64,000 nucleotides of DNA from an uncultured archaeon (lineage in GTDB: Archaea; Thermoproteota; Nitrososphaeria; Nitrososphaerales; Gagatemarchaeaceae), in NCBI GenBank assembly GCA_963817525.1, contig CAWFOU010000001.1, forward strand, positions 288,001 to 352,000, given 5' to 3'. A program made the position numbers and the translations under genes. This document shows positions 18,268 through 28,451 of the stretch, piece by piece. Under the pieces are notes generated by a model. The model was given only the letters and a program-made list of their open reading frames with translations. It searched no databases and was not told where the DNA came from. How positions within the stretch are numbered: position 1 is the first letter of the stretch; every line of letters begins with the position of its first letter.

Positions 18268-19203
18268 ATGAGGCCGCAGACCGCCCTAGCCTTCGCCCCG
18301 GCCGTAATCTCGAACTTCTTTGCGATTCAGACCGACTCCCTCTCCCTCAGGCCGCCCGACTTCGCCCACGCCGGGGCGACGGGCGGGGGGTTCACGCTCT
18401 CCAAGGGGGTGTACTCGCACGCTTGGGTCGTCAAGAGCTCGGCCCGGGCGGTATCGGTCGCTGTCAACGGGAACGCGAACTACCCTGCCGACACCACGAA
18501 GAAGGCGGTGGAGCTCCTCCTCGAGGCTGCGGGGGGCCGTCCCCATCTCGTCGAGCTCGTCCAGACGGTGGAGGTCCCCATAAAGGCGGGCTTCGGCAGC
18601 AGCTCCGCCTCCGCGCTCTCCGCGGTGATGGCGGTCGCCGCGGCCCTGAAGCTCCCCTTCAGCAGGGAGGAGGTCGCGTCCTTCGCGCACCAGGCGGAGA
18701 TCATGCGGCACACTGGGCTGGGGACCGTCTCCTCCACCTACAAGTTCTCGGGGGCGGCGGTAATAACCAAGGCGGGCGGTCCGGGGCTCGTCAGGATGAG
18801 GCGCGTCGCCGTCCCCCAGGGGGTCCGCGTCGTGACCGCGTTCCTCTCTCTGAAGAAGGGCCACCTCCTCTCGTCCACGAGGATGCGCAATAGGGTCAAC
18901 AGGCTGGGGGAGGCCGCCCTCGAGCAGGCCTCCGACCTGAGCCTCGAGAGTCTCTTGGCCGCGGGGCACGACTTTGCGGAGGGGCTTGGGCTCATGACCC
19001 AGGCGGTCAAGACCCTGGTGGCCGTCTCGCTGGAGAACGGGGCGATTGGGGCGAGCCAGAACATGTTGGGCAACGCGATGCACGCCGTCGTCCGGGACCG
19101 GGACTTTGAGAGGGTCTTCTCCGCGGTCCAGTCGGCGTCGAGGGCCGCCAAGGTGGACTACTTCCACATCGGCGGCAGGACCGCCCGCGTCCTGACCGAA
19201 TGA
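18268..19203 (+). CDS. Pantoate kinase (GHMP family)
   Basis: AFAPAVISNFF, GATGGG, PIKAGFGSSSASA, AHQAE..TGLGTV, ASQNMLG. Confidence 0.88.
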   Translation: MRPQTALAFAPAVISNFFAIQTDSLSLRPPDFAHAGATGGGFTLSKGVYSHAWVVKSSARAVSVAVNGNANYPADTTKKAVELLLEAAGGRPHLVELVQTVEVPIKAGFGSSSASALSAVMAVAAALKLPFSREEVASFAHQAEIMRHTGLGTVSSTYKFSGAAVITKAGGPGLVRMRRVAVPQGVRVVTAFLSLKKGHLLSSTRMRNRVNRLGEAALEQASDLSLESLLAAGHDFAEGLGLMTQAVKTLVAVSLENGAIGASQNMLGNAMHAVVRDRDFERVFSAVQSASRAAKVDYFHIGGRTARVLTE

Positions 19204-19277
19204 TTCGTCGGACATCGCTCGATGCTTAGGCTTATATCGCCTTCTCGCACCAGCGTAAGCTAGTCGGAGTCCGCAGA

Positions 19278-22200
19278 ATGGGTTATATTCGAAGGCTCGA
19301 AGTAAAGGGTTTCAAGTCCTTCGGCCCTCGCCCGCTCACAATCACGTTCGAACAAGGGCTGAACGTAGTGACGGGACCCAACGGGAGCGGCAAGTCCAAT
19401 ATCGCGGACGCGATCTTGTTCGCGCTGGGGGAGAACTCGCCCAGGACGCTCAGGGCTGCTCAGGGCAGGCTCACCGGCCTCATCTACGACCCCAAGCGCG
19501 AGGCGATAGAGGCCAGGCAGCAGGGGGCTGAGGGCGAGGGGGCCGCCGCGGCCGGGGACCGGGCTTTCCCCACGGAGGAGCGCCCGACGAGCTGCAGGGT
19601 GAGCATCCAGATAGACAACCTTGACAGGAAGATACCAGTCGACGCCGACCTCGTCACGCTCACCAGGGAGCTCAGAAACAACGGCGAGAACTCCTACTAC
19701 CTCAACGGGAAAAAATCGACAAAGTCCATGATCGCCGACTTCCTCGAGGTCTCGGGTCTCTCCCCAAGCGGGCTCAACGTCATCCCGCAGGGGGCGGCGA
19801 CGAGGGTCGCCGACCTCACCCCCGACGAGAAGAGGAAGATGATCGAGGACGTCGTCGGGATATCAAAGTTCGACGACAAGAAGGCGGAGGCCCAGAAGCA
19901 GCTCTCCCATGCCGACACCAAGCTCCAGATAGAGCTCGCAAGGACGGGGGAGATGAAGTCCCAGCTCGAGAGGCTCGAGGAGCAGAGGAACGACCTCGTG
20001 AGGTTCAACCAGCTCGAGGGCCAGCTGAGCTGGCTCAAGGCGGTGCAGACCTCGAGGAGGGTGGCCGAGCTGCGCGAGAAGCTCAGCTCAAACAAACGGA
20101 TGGAGGAGGAGCTCACGCTGAAGCTCGAGGAGGTGCGCAAGAGGAAGGAGGAGTTCGAGTCCCGCGCGACCACGCAGACCACGGAGAAGGAGAAGTTCAT
20201 CGTAGAGATAGTCCAGGGGGGTGGCGAGGGGCCGACCAAACTCCGAGACGAGCTGGAGTCGGTCAGGCTCCGTCGCGACCAGCTCACAGGCGAGGTCCAG
20301 AAGCGGGAGGAGAACATCCGGCGCCTGGAGATGGATACGATGCCCACCATGCGGTCGATAGTAGCCGAACGCAAGAAGCTGGTGACCGCGGTGAGCTCTA
20401 CCGTCGACTCCCTCTCCGGGACCAACGAGAAGCTCGAGGCGAGGAGGAAAGACATGGGCGCTCAGCTTCAGGAGCTGCTCGACGCGGAGGAGACGCTCCG
20501 CGCGACCATCGAGCGCAACAGGAAGCAGGCGGAAAGGGTCAGGGCCAAGCTCCAGCAGCTGTCGGAGGAGGTCGCCCCGGTAGGACTAGAGATCAACGCG
20601 GTGCAGGCGAGCCTGGGCGCGGAGAAGAAGAGGGCGGGGGAGCTCGAGGCGAGGGTCAAGAACTTCACGGAGCTGCTTGACAGGCTGGACAACAACTCGA
20701 AGCAGCTCATGGAGCTCCAGACCAAGGAGACCGAGCAGCTCGCGGAGATAGACCAAGACCTCTCGGGGCTGGAGAAGGAGAGGAACCTCATCGAGCAGAG
20801 CATCGGCGCGGCCAGTAAGGTGTTGGACAAGGCCGCAGGAGAGGTGGCTACGCAGTCCGCCAAGGCGGAGTTCTCGGAGGAGCTGAGCTCCGACCGTGTG
20901 GGCCACGGCAGGCTGAGGGAGCTCTGCGAGGGGGGCGGGATCCCCGGCTACATCGGTATGGTCAACCAGCTGATCACCTATCCCTCCCAGTACGCGCGGG
21001 CCTGTTCGGCGGTGATGGACGTGTGGAGCAGCGCGTTCGTCGTCAGCGACGTCAGGTCCATGACCGCCCTGATCAAGGCCGGCAAGAAGCTCGACATCAG
21101 GTCGTTCGCGATAATCCCACTATCGGAGGTGTCGGAGGTCCGCCCCGTCTCCGTCAGCAAGTCGGCCGGGGTCATCGGGCCGCTCTCGACCGTGCTAAAA
21201 GCGGACAAGGAGTACAGGGGAATGATCAACTTCATTGCCGGAGACACGGTCCTGGTGGAGTCCGAGGGGATCGCGTACATCCTCGCCTCTGAGGGTTTCA
21301 AGACCGTGACGCCTGATGGCGAGATCTTCGAGCTGGGCGGGAGGGCCTTCGCCTTCGGGCTGCGCGACGCACTCTCCAAGGTGCTCGAGGCACTCGAGGA
21401 CATCGAGAACGTGGGAGAGGTCCAGGGCGCTGTGAAGGCCCTCAGGTCAGCGATAGAAAAGAGGAAGCAGCAGATGTCCTCCCTCGAGAACGACGACAAG
21501 ACACTGACCAAGGACCGCGTGAAGAAGATCGCCTCGGTGGCCGCGTTGAGGGCGGAGGCGGAGACGGTGGTGAGGCTCTCAAAGCGCTACAGGGCGATGC
21601 ACCGCTCGATCAACCAGGACTTTGAGGGCCAGCTCAGGGCGGTCGAGAGGCTGGAGAGGCGCGAGGCCTCCCTCCAGCTCAAGAAGGACGCGATGACCAC
21701 CGAGGTGACGCTCCTCAAGGAGGGGCTCGCGGAGCAAGAGTCTCTCGGCCTCGACGGACACATGGCGGAGATCGAGGGGGCGAGGAACGACCTCAACCTT
21801 CAGCTCAACGAGCTCTCGGCCAAGATATCCGAGATCCACCTCTCCTTCACCCGAGAGAGGGCGAACCTCGAGCAGATGGTCGTCCCCAACCTTGAGCGCG
21901 TGAGGCAGGACCTGGAGGCGAGCGAGATGCAGTACGAGTCCGACAGGCAGTTCGTCATCGCCTCGAGGAAGGAGCTCACCGAGCTCAACCACAGGTTCGC
22001 CGACCTCGACTCACAGCTCCTGAAGGTCCTCGACTCGTCGACCAACAGCAGGCCCGTCCTAGAGGAGTTCGACAACAAGATCAGGCGCCTAAGAGAGGAG
22101 GCCGCCGCCGCTGAGCGCTCCGCCTTCAACACAGAGAAGGAGATCTTTGCCCTCCAGCAGAGCGCGATATCGCTCCAGGACAAGGTCGCGGAGCAGCTCA

Positions 22201-22901
22201 GCAGCCTCAGGTTCTACGGCTACGAAGAGGTGCTCGAGGTCTTCGAAGGCAGCGAGCACCTGCTCTCGCAGGTGGAGTTCGAGCACGAGGGCCTCGCCAG
22301 GACCGTGAACAAGAGCTCCGAGAGGGACTATGGGGCTGTCTACGACAGCTACAGGAACCTCTCCCAGAGGATAAACGAGCTCGAGCAGGAGAGGAACTCC
22401 ATCGTGAGGTTCATCGAGAGCGTCGACGCGGAGAAGCGCAAGGTCTTTGCCAGCGCCTTCGGGACGATCAACCAGGAGTTCGCGCAGACCTTCAAGACCC
22501 TCACCAGCGGAGACGCTTGGCTCGAGCTCGAGAACAAGGACGAGATATTCACGGGCGGGATATACATGATGGCGAGCTTCAGGGGCAAGCCCGCTTGGGA
22601 GTCCTCCTCCATGTCGGGCGGAGAAAAGTCGGTCACGGCCGTCGCCCTCATCCTCGCGATACAGAAGGTCAACCCCCACCCGTTCTACCTCTTCGACGAA
22701 ATCGACCAGAACCTTGACCAGGCGAACTCCCAGAGCCTCGCCAGCTTCTTCAAGGAGAGGTCCCAGCAGTCCCAGATAATCGTGGTCTCCCTCAAGGACA
22801 CGATGGTGGCCGGGAGCGGCATCGCGTACGGGGTCTACAATGTCGCAGGCATCTCGAGGATAGTCCGCGCGAAGATGGAGGTGCAGGTCAAGAGTGGTTG
22901 A
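19278..22901 (+). CDS. smc: Chromosome segregation protein SMC
   Basis: GFKSF, GPNGSGKSN, long coiled coils, hinge (GYIG...VTPDG), MSGGEKS, FDEID. Confidence 0.97.
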   Translation: MGYIRRLEVKGFKSFGPRPLTITFEQGLNVVTGPNGSGKSNIADAILFALGENSPRTLRAAQGRLTGLIYDPKREAIEARQQGAEGEGAAAAGDRAFPTEERPTSCRVSIQIDNLDRKIPVDADLVTLTRELRNNGENSYYLNGKKSTKSMIADFLEVSGLSPSGLNVIPQGAATRVADLTPDEKRKMIEDVVGISKFDDKKAEAQKQLSHADTKLQIELARTGEMKSQLERLEEQRNDLVRFNQLEGQLSWLKAVQTSRRVAELREKLSSNKRMEEELTLKLEEVRKRKEEFESRATTQTTEKEKFIVEIVQGGGEGPTKLRDELESVRLRRDQLTGEVQKREENIRRLEMDTMPTMRSIVAERKKLVTAVSSTVDSLSGTNEKLEARRKDMGAQLQELLDAEETLRATIERNRKQAERVRAKLQQLSEEVAPVGLEINAVQASLGAEKKRAGELEARVKNFTELLDRLDNNSKQLMELQTKETEQLAEIDQDLSGLEKERNLIEQSIGAASKVLDKAAGEVATQSAKAEFSEELSSDRVGHGRLRELCEGGGIPGYIGMVNQLITYPSQYARACSAVMDVWSSAFVVSDVRSMTALIKAGKKLDIRSFAIIPLSEVSEVRPVSVSKSAGVIGPLSTVLKADKEYRGMINFIAGDTVLVESEGIAYILASEGFKTVTPDGEIFELGGRAFAFGLRDALSKVLEALEDIENVGEVQGAVKALRSAIEKRKQQMSSLENDDKTLTKDRVKKIASVAALRAEAETVVRLSKRYRAMHRSINQDFEGQLRAVERLERREASLQLKKDAMTTEVTLLKEGLAEQESLGLDGHMAEIEGARNDLNLQLNELSAKISEIHLSFTRERANLEQMVVPNLERVRQDLEASEMQYESDRQFVIASRKELTELNHRFADLDSQLLKVLDSSTNSRPVLEEFDNKIRRLREEAAAAERSAFNTEKEIFALQQSAISLQDKVAEQLSSLRFYGYEEVLEVFEGSEHLLSQVEFEHEGLARTVNKSSERDYGAVYDSYRNLSQRINELEQERNSIVRFIESVDAEKRKVFASAFGTINQEFAQTFKTLTSGDAWLELENKDEIFTGGIYMMASFRGKPAWESSSMSGGEKSVTAVALILAIQKVNPHPFYLFDEIDQNLDQANSQSLASFFKERSQQSQIIVVSLKDTMVAGSGIAYGVYNVAGISRIVRAKMEVQVKSG

Positions 22902-23550
22902 CGGCGGCATCCTGGCGAGGCCACCGCTCAACCTCCTCATCGACCCCAACGCCGCGAAGAGGAAGAGCCCCTGGGAGATACACATCTCCGAGCTCCTGGA
23001 CATGTTCCTCGAGGCCATCCTAAAGTCCGAGTTCCTCGACCTCAGGGCGGCTGGCACCGCGGCTCTGACCTCCGCGACCATCTACAGGTTCAAGGTCGAG
23101 TCGCTCTTCCTCTTCGAGAAGCTCCAGCGCGAGAGGAGGATAATGGACGCGGTCGAGCCCCCGCAGATCGTCGTCATGCCGTTCAGGTACGAGGTGTACT
23201 CCACCACGGTCGACGAGCTCTTCGACGCCCTCACGAGGATCCTCGAAGAGATAGTCCACAACGACAGGGAGGAGAGCACGGTCTTGCCGTCCCTGCTCGA
23301 GGAGGGCACGCCCCCGAACCCAGAGGACTACCTCATCACGATACTCTCCAACCTCCAGGCGTTCCAGAGGGTGCTGAGGGAGCGCATCGGCGCCTTGGGA
23401 AGGATCAAGTTCTCCGACCTCATCGCCGGGATGTCTCTGATAGAGGCCTCCCGCACGTTCATCCTTCTCCTCTTCTCGGCCAGCAACGGGACCGTCGTCC
23501 TCGAGCAGGGAAGGGAGGGGGACGACCTCCTGGTAATATTGGTGGGCTGA
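22894..23550 (+). CDS. scpA: Kleisin ScpA
   Basis: SPWEIHISELL, DLRAAG, FILLLF; between smc and scpB. Confidence 0.88.
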   Translation: MVDGGILARPPLNLLIDPNAAKRKSPWEIHISELLDMFLEAILKSEFLDLRAAGTAALTSATIYRFKVESLFLFEKLQRERRIMDAVEPPQIVVMPFRYEVYSTTVDELFDALTRILEEIVHNDREESTVLPSLLEEGTPPNPEDYLITILSNLQAFQRVLRERIGALGRIKFSDLIAGMSLIEASRTFILLLFSASNGTVVLEQGREGDDLLVILVG

Positions 23551-23557
23551 CCGCCAG

Positions 23558-24142
23558 ATGAGCGAACCTCAGCAGCAGGAGCAAGGGGAGGCGCCACAGC
23601 CCGAGCAGGCGGCAAGGCCCAAGGTCAGCGACCAGGAGATAAGGGCGAGGATCGAGGCCGCGCTCTACTCCTCGGGCAGGGCCCTGGATGCCGAGCAGCT
23701 CGCGAGGGCCGCCGGCATCTCGTCCAAGAAGCGGGCGATGGACGAGGCGAAGGCGATCCAGTCGCGGATGAAATCCATGCTCTCTGCGATCGAGGTCGTA
23801 GAGTACCCAGGGCAGAGATACGCCATGCAGCTCAAGGCCGAGTACACCAGCGTCGCTAGGAAGTTCGCCACCAAGCCGCTCCTCTCCAAGGCCGCCCTCC
23901 GCACCCTATCTTTCATCGCGTACTTCCAGCCCATCACCAGCGCCGACCTGGCGCTGAGGCGGGGGTCCCAGGCCTACGACCACCTGAAGGACCTCGAGGA
24001 GGTGGGGTTCCTGGCCTGGGAGAGGAAGGGGAGGTCGAAGCTCTACAGGACCACCACGGAGTTCTCCGAGTACTTCGGCCTGAGCGTCGACCCACAGACG
24101 CTGAAGCACCAGCTCGAGAGGCGCGCCCTCATCCTCAGGTAG
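23558..24142 (+). CDS. scpB: ScpB
   Basis: IEAALY, LSKAALRTLSFIAYFQPIT, YRTTTEFSEYFG. Confidence 0.95.
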   Translation: MSEPQQQEQGEAPQPEQAARPKVSDQEIRARIEAALYSSGRALDAEQLARAAGISSKKRAMDEAKAIQSRMKSMLSAIEVVEYPGQRYAMQLKAEYTSVARKFATKPLLSKAALRTLSFIAYFQPITSADLALRRGSQAYDHLKDLEEVGFLAWERKGRSKLYRTTTEFSEYFGLSVDPQTLKHQLERRALILR

Positions 24143-24196
24143 CGTTTGAAGGAAAGGCTTAACACCCTCCCCAAGCGGGAGTCGCCAGAACTCGAC

Positions 24197-24580
24197 TTGG
24201 TCAAGGCAGTGGAGAACCTAAAGAAGAGGAAGCTCACAGGCGGAAAGAGGCGCCAGTTCCGAGGCCGCAAGGCGTGCGAGACGGACGACTACGCCTTCGA
24301 GACCGCGGTCGGCGAGACCGTGAGCTCCCACAAGAGGACCAGGGGAGGCAGCTGGAACTTCGGGCTGCGATACACCAACCAGGCCAACGTCTTCGACCCG
24401 TCGACCAGCAAGACCGTGAAGACCGAGATCGTCCGCGTGACCGCGAACCCCGCCAACAGGGAGTATGAGCGCAGAGGAGTGATCACGCGCGGCGCGACCA
24501 TCGAGACCAAGCTCGGCAAGGCCAAGGTGACCTCAAAGCCGAGCGACGACGGAGTGGTCAACGGCGTCCTCATCAAGTAA
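24197..24580 (+). CDS. rps8e: 30S ribosomal protein S8e
   Basis: RKLTGGK, RTRGG, NPANREYERRGVITRGATIET..GKAKVTS..GVVN. Confidence 0.95.
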   Translation: MVKAVENLKKRKLTGGKRRQFRGRKACETDDYAFETAVGETVSSHKRTRGGSWNFGLRYTNQANVFDPSTSKTVKTEIVRVTANPANREYERRGVITRGATIETKLGKAKVTSKPSDDGVVNGVLIK

Positions 24581-24643
24581 GCGATACTATATCACACGCG
24601 CCTCTCCGGGCATCGCAGTCGAGCAAGGGTTGGGCGAACCAAG

Positions 24644-24943
24644 TTGAAGGAATACGAGCGCGTGGTCGTCTGGCTCGACTACCTCGACTCCGAGAAGAAG
24701 AGGAGGGAGGGTCGGCGCGTCCCGCTAAACTCCTGCGTCCGCGCCCCCACGCTCGACGAGATGGCCCAGGCCTGCAAGAGGCTGAAGCTCGACGCCCAGC
24801 CCCAGGAGGCATTCCACCCAAAGTCCCCTAGGCGAAAGTCTGGATACGTCTCGATTAAGAAAACGGAGCGAAAACAGCAGGTTATCATGGCAATCGCCCG
24901 CGAAATGTCAAGAATCAGGGGTTCGCAGCCAAAGAAAGTTTAA
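24644..24943 (+). CDS. srp19: Signal recognition particle protein SRP19
   Basis: VVWLDYLDS..RREGRRVP, PTLDE, HPK..SGYV. Confidence 0.92.
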   Translation: MKEYERVVVWLDYLDSEKKRREGRRVPLNSCVRAPTLDEMAQACKRLKLDAQPQEAFHPKSPRRKSGYVSIKKTERKQQVIMAIAREMSRIRGSQPKKV

Positions 24944-24972
24944 AGGCAACCTTTGGGCTCGAACCAAGCCAT

Positions 24973-25197
24973 ATGCAGGAAGTCGGCGAAGTTCTCCACA
25001 GAGCTAAGAGCGGCAGGCTGATAATCCGTCTGGCAGGTCGGGTCGACCCGGGGACGGTCCTGGTGGACTCGAAGGGTAGAAACGCGGCGAAGGTCGTCGA
25101 ACTCATAGGCCCGGTCTCGAGACCCTACGCCTCGGCGGCGCCGGCGTCCGAGCGCGCGGACTCGGGGAAGGACGGCAAGAAGCTCTTCCTCGGGTGA
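24973..25197 (+). CDS. gar1: H/ACA RNP protein Gar1
   Basis: VGEVLHRAKSGRLII, VVELIGPVSRPY. Confidence 0.88.
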   Translation: MQEVGEVLHRAKSGRLIIRLAGRVDPGTVLVDSKGRNAAKVVELIGPVSRPYASAAPASERADSGKDGKKLFLG

Positions 25198-25206
25198 CGA
25201 CGCAAA

Positions 25207-26151
25207 ATGTGGGACCCAAATGCAGACAGCGAGCTCTACAGGACTTATTGCCCCAACTGCGGCGACAGGCTCATCGGCGACTCTGAAAAGGCAGAGCAGG
25301 TCTGCCAGGCCTGTGGCTACGTCGCTGCGGCGGGCGCGGACCAAGGGCCCGAGTGGAAGGCGATCGATCTAGAGGAGAAGGGCAAGCGCGTCAGGGTGGG
25401 CTCCCCGACGACGCTCACTCTCCACGACCTGGGCCTGTCCACCGACATCGGGACGGACATGCGCGACTCCCACGGCAAGTACCTCGATCCGACGATGCGC
25501 GCCACCGTGGAGAAGATGAGGAAATGGCAGAGCCGTGTCAGGACGATAAACAGCCAGGAGAGGGGCCTCTCGATAGTGCTCGCGAAGATTACCGAGGTCT
25601 CCGGCAATCTAAACCTCCCCCGCAACGTCGCGGAGACCGCGGCCCACATCTACAGGACCTCGGTCAAGCTCAAGGTCGCGAAGAGCAAGTCGATAATGGG
25701 GATGACCGCTGCCACGGTCTACCTTGCGTGTAGGAAGTGCGGCGTGAGCAGGACCCTCAAGGAGGTCGCCAGGGCGGCCGGGATAGAGAAGGGCTCGGTC
25801 GCGAAATACTACAGGCTGATACTCAAGGATGTCGAGAAGGAGTACGTCCCTCCCGCCTCCGTGGAGAAGCACATCTCGAAGCTCGTCAACCTCGCAAAGA
25901 TCGACCCGCGTGTCGAGCACCTGGCCCTGCTCCTCTCGCGCATGACCAACGACTCCAAGATCTCGAGCGGCAAGGCTCCCGCGGGGCTCGCGGCCGCCTA
26001 CGTCTACATGTCCTCGGTGATGAGAGGGGACCACCTCCCCCAGCGCGAGGTGGCGGAGTTCGCAGAAGTGACCGAGGTAACCGTCAGGAACAGGTGCAGG
26101 GAGCTCCTCGACAATTACATTATAAGGCAGAAGATAGGGTCGGCCGAATAG
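25207..26151 (+). CDS. tfb: Transcription initiation factor IIB
   Basis: CPNC..CQACG Zn ribbon, GPEWK, RVG, HDLGLST, two cyclin repeats, EVTVRNR. Confidence 0.96.
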   Translation: MWDPNADSELYRTYCPNCGDRLIGDSEKAEQVCQACGYVAAAGADQGPEWKAIDLEEKGKRVRVGSPTTLTLHDLGLSTDIGTDMRDSHGKYLDPTMRATVEKMRKWQSRVRTINSQERGLSIVLAKITEVSGNLNLPRNVAETAAHIYRTSVKLKVAKSKSIMGMTAATVYLACRKCGVSRTLKEVARAAGIEKGSVAKYYRLILKDVEKEYVPPASVEKHISKLVNLAKIDPRVEHLALLLSRMTNDSKISSGKAPAGLAAAYVYMSSVMRGDHLPQREVAEFAEVTEVTVRNRCRELLDNYIIRQKIGSAE

Positions 26152-26667
26152 TTGGCAAAGGGCGAGAAGGGCAAGAGCGACAAAGCCGCGAAGAAGGCGG
26201 CGAAGGCTCCTCCCGCTGAGAATCCGGAAGTCAAGCCTGTCGAGAAGAAACCAAAAGTCCTCCAGAGGACAGAGAAGACCGAGGAGGAGCTGGTCGACCT
26301 GACGTCGAGGGTCTACAAGCTCGTGGTCGAGAGGGGCAAGGACGGCGTCCTTCAGAGCGAGATCTGGAAGGAGCTCGGGCTCACCAGCAGGGACGGCTCC
26401 AGGCTGGCGATCAGGCTAGAGAAGCGGGGGATGATCAGGCGGGTGAAGGTCCTAGACGACGGCAGGTGGACCTACAAGCTCACCCCGCTCCGCCTCCCCG
26501 CGAACATCTCCTCGATGGAGGCCGCGCCCTGCATCGTCTGCCCCGTTGAGGCCAAGTGCTCGGTCACCACTGACATCAACCCGCTAACCTGCCCCCTCAT
26601 CGGGCCGTGGGTGTTGAAGGAATACGCCATCTCGAAGACCATAGAAGTAGCGCCCCCGGTAGTCTAA
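26152..26667 (+). CDS. TFE beta subunit (Rpc34-like wHTH + FeS domain)
   Basis: GVLQSEIWKELGLTSRDGSR wHTH and PCIVCP..KC..PLTC..W cysteine cluster; downstream of tfb. Confidence 0.85.
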   Translation: MAKGEKGKSDKAAKKAAKAPPAENPEVKPVEKKPKVLQRTEKTEEELVDLTSRVYKLVVERGKDGVLQSEIWKELGLTSRDGSRLAIRLEKRGMIRRVKVLDDGRWTYKLTPLRLPANISSMEAAPCIVCPVEAKCSVTTDINPLTCPLIGPWVLKEYAISKTIEVAPPVV

Positions 26668-26673
26668 TCCACG

Positions 26674-27267
26674 ATGAGGCTCGAGGACGCGAAGCGAGAC
26701 CAGTACAGGAGGCTCGCCAGAGAGGAGGGATACAAGAGCAGGGCCGCCTACAAGCTCCTCGAGAACGTGAGGAAGTACAAGCTCATCAAGAGCGGGGACG
26801 TGGTGCTCGACTTTGGGGCCGCCCCGGGCGGGTGGCTTCAGGTCGCCTCCGAGGCCGCGGGGGACAAGGGGCTGGTGGTGGGGGTCGACCTCGAGCCCGT
26901 CGACTTGGACGAGCCTAACATGGTGCTGATCCAGTCGGACGTGAGGTCGCCGGAGCTCCCCCTCAAGCTCGAGAAGGCGCTCCCGAGGAAGGCCGACGTC
27001 GTCCTCTCCGACCTGTCGCCTCAGGTGATGGGGACCTGGGACCTCGACCACTACAGGCAGATCGACATCACCATGGCGGCCGCGGCGTTGATGGGCGGGT
27101 TCCTCCGGAAGGGGGGCAACGCCATGTTCAAGGTCTTCGACGGCGAGAGGTTCGGCGAAGCCAGGGCCACCCTCTCCAAGCAGTTCACAAAGGTCCAGGT
27201 CACAAAGCCCAAGGCGAGCCGGAAGGGGAGCGCCGAGCTCTACCTGGTATGCCTCGGCTTTCTCTGA
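26674..27267 (+). CDS. rlmE: 23S rRNA 2'-O-methyltransferase RlmE/FtsJ
   Basis: YKSRAAYKL, DFGAAPGGWLQ, VLSDLSP, KPKASR..SAELY. Confidence 0.95.
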   Translation: MRLEDAKRDQYRRLAREEGYKSRAAYKLLENVRKYKLIKSGDVVLDFGAAPGGWLQVASEAAGDKGLVVGVDLEPVDLDEPNMVLIQSDVRSPELPLKLEKALPRKADVVLSDLSPQVMGTWDLDHYRQIDITMAAAALMGGFLRKGGNAMFKVFDGERFGEARATLSKQFTKVQVTKPKASRKGSAELYLVCLGFL

Positions 27268-27278
27268 CCCGCGCGGCC

Positions 27279-28421
27279 TCAGCGGGCGGACTGACTCACC
27301 GCGGCGAGCACCTCGCTATACGCAGCGTCCGTCTTCAATCCGGACGACCCGAAGGGCTGTCGCATCGCCGACCTCCCCGCCGCCTCCAGCGCGTCGACGA
27401 CCCTCTCGAACCTGACCGAGGAGATCCTCTCCCTCGAGGTTATCGCCTCCAAGGAGTATCCGAAGGGGGGGAAGGCGTCCACGCCCTCGAGCGCCCCGAG
27501 GGCCTCGGCGGCGCCCTCCCAGCCGAGCTTCGAGCTCTGCTTCGAGGCCTCCCCGACCACGTCTTCGTCGACGAGCCTCCCGATCCACTGGGGCCCGACA
27601 CACCTGGCCTTCCCGCCGCACCCCGCACAGACCGCGGTGAACTCCGCCACGACGGAGTTCTCGTGGCACGCTGTGCAGGATGCCACGTAGCCCACCTCCC
27701 TGAGGCAGCGGTCGGACTTTTCCGCGCCCCTCAGCACCCGAAAGTAGACCCGGAGGTAGTGGAGCGTGGCGTGGGCCGCGACGGGCGCCACGCCCGTGTC
27801 GACGACCCCACCGACGCGCGCGCAGAATCCGAAGAGGACGCGTATTGCCGCCTCGTGGGGAAACTCAGTCTTGACCACCTTTGCACCATATCGCCTCACG
27901 GCCACGGTGGGGAAGACCCCGCACAGGGTGGCCGTGTCCGTGGCGGTCAACGAGACCATCGCCCCGTCGTCTGCCGCGGCGAGCGCCCCCTGCACGTAGG
28001 GGGCGGGGGTCCCGAAGGGGTCGACGTCGACCGCCCCGAACCTCTCCAGCCGCCCGAACCTGGAGTGGAGGTACGCGTTAGCCTCCTCGTGGACGACCTC
28101 GCACCTGGACTCCACGCCGTTCTTCTTAGCGTTCTTCCGGGCCACCCGGAGGGACGTTTCGTTGAACTCCACCAGCGTCACCTCCGTCCGCCTCGAGCAC
28201 TCGTTGGCGATGCGCACCCCCCTCGCGCCTACCCCCGCGAGCGCGTCGAGGAAGGTGCGCGGACGGGTCGCCCTCGCGATCGCCACCGAGACGTCGCGGT
28301 TCACCCTCGCCGCCGGGTTGAAGAACGCGGGGAACGTCTTGGGCTCCTTGGCCTTGAGGCTCTCCTCGGGGACGAAGAGGTCGGTCGAGCCCTCCCGTGC
28401 GAGGGCCAGCTTCAGGGGCAC
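27279..28421 (-). CDS. trm1: tRNA (guanine-26,N2)-dimethyltransferase
   Basis: FFNPAARVNRD, DALAGVGARGVR, DVDPFGTP, TATD, GPQWIG, KTDA. Confidence 0.93.
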   Translation of the reverse strand: MPLKLALAREGSTDLFVPEESLKAKEPKTFPAFFNPAARVNRDVSVAIARATRPRTFLDALAGVGARGVRIANECSRRTEVTLVEFNETSLRVARKNAKKNGVESRCEVVHEEANAYLHSRFGRLERFGAVDVDPFGTPAPYVQGALAAADDGAMVSLTATDTATLCGVFPTVAVRRYGAKVVKTEFPHEAAIRVLFGFCARVGGVVDTGVAPVAAHATLHYLRVYFRVLRGAEKSDRCLREVGYVASCTACHENSVVAEFTAVCAGCGGKARCVGPQWIGRLVDEDVVGEASKQSSKLGWEGAAEALGALEGVDAFPPFGYSLEAITSRERISSVRFERVVDALEAAGRSAMRQPFGSSGLKTDAAYSEVLAAVSQSAR

Positions 28422-28451
28422 GGGGGCCCGACCTCGCGACGAAGCATTTAA

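Noticed and set aside
19490-19590. ~25-aa insertion in the SMC head as an in-frame intron or intein
   Set aside because: Host-like codons, low-complexity loop, no BHB fold or intein termini seen.
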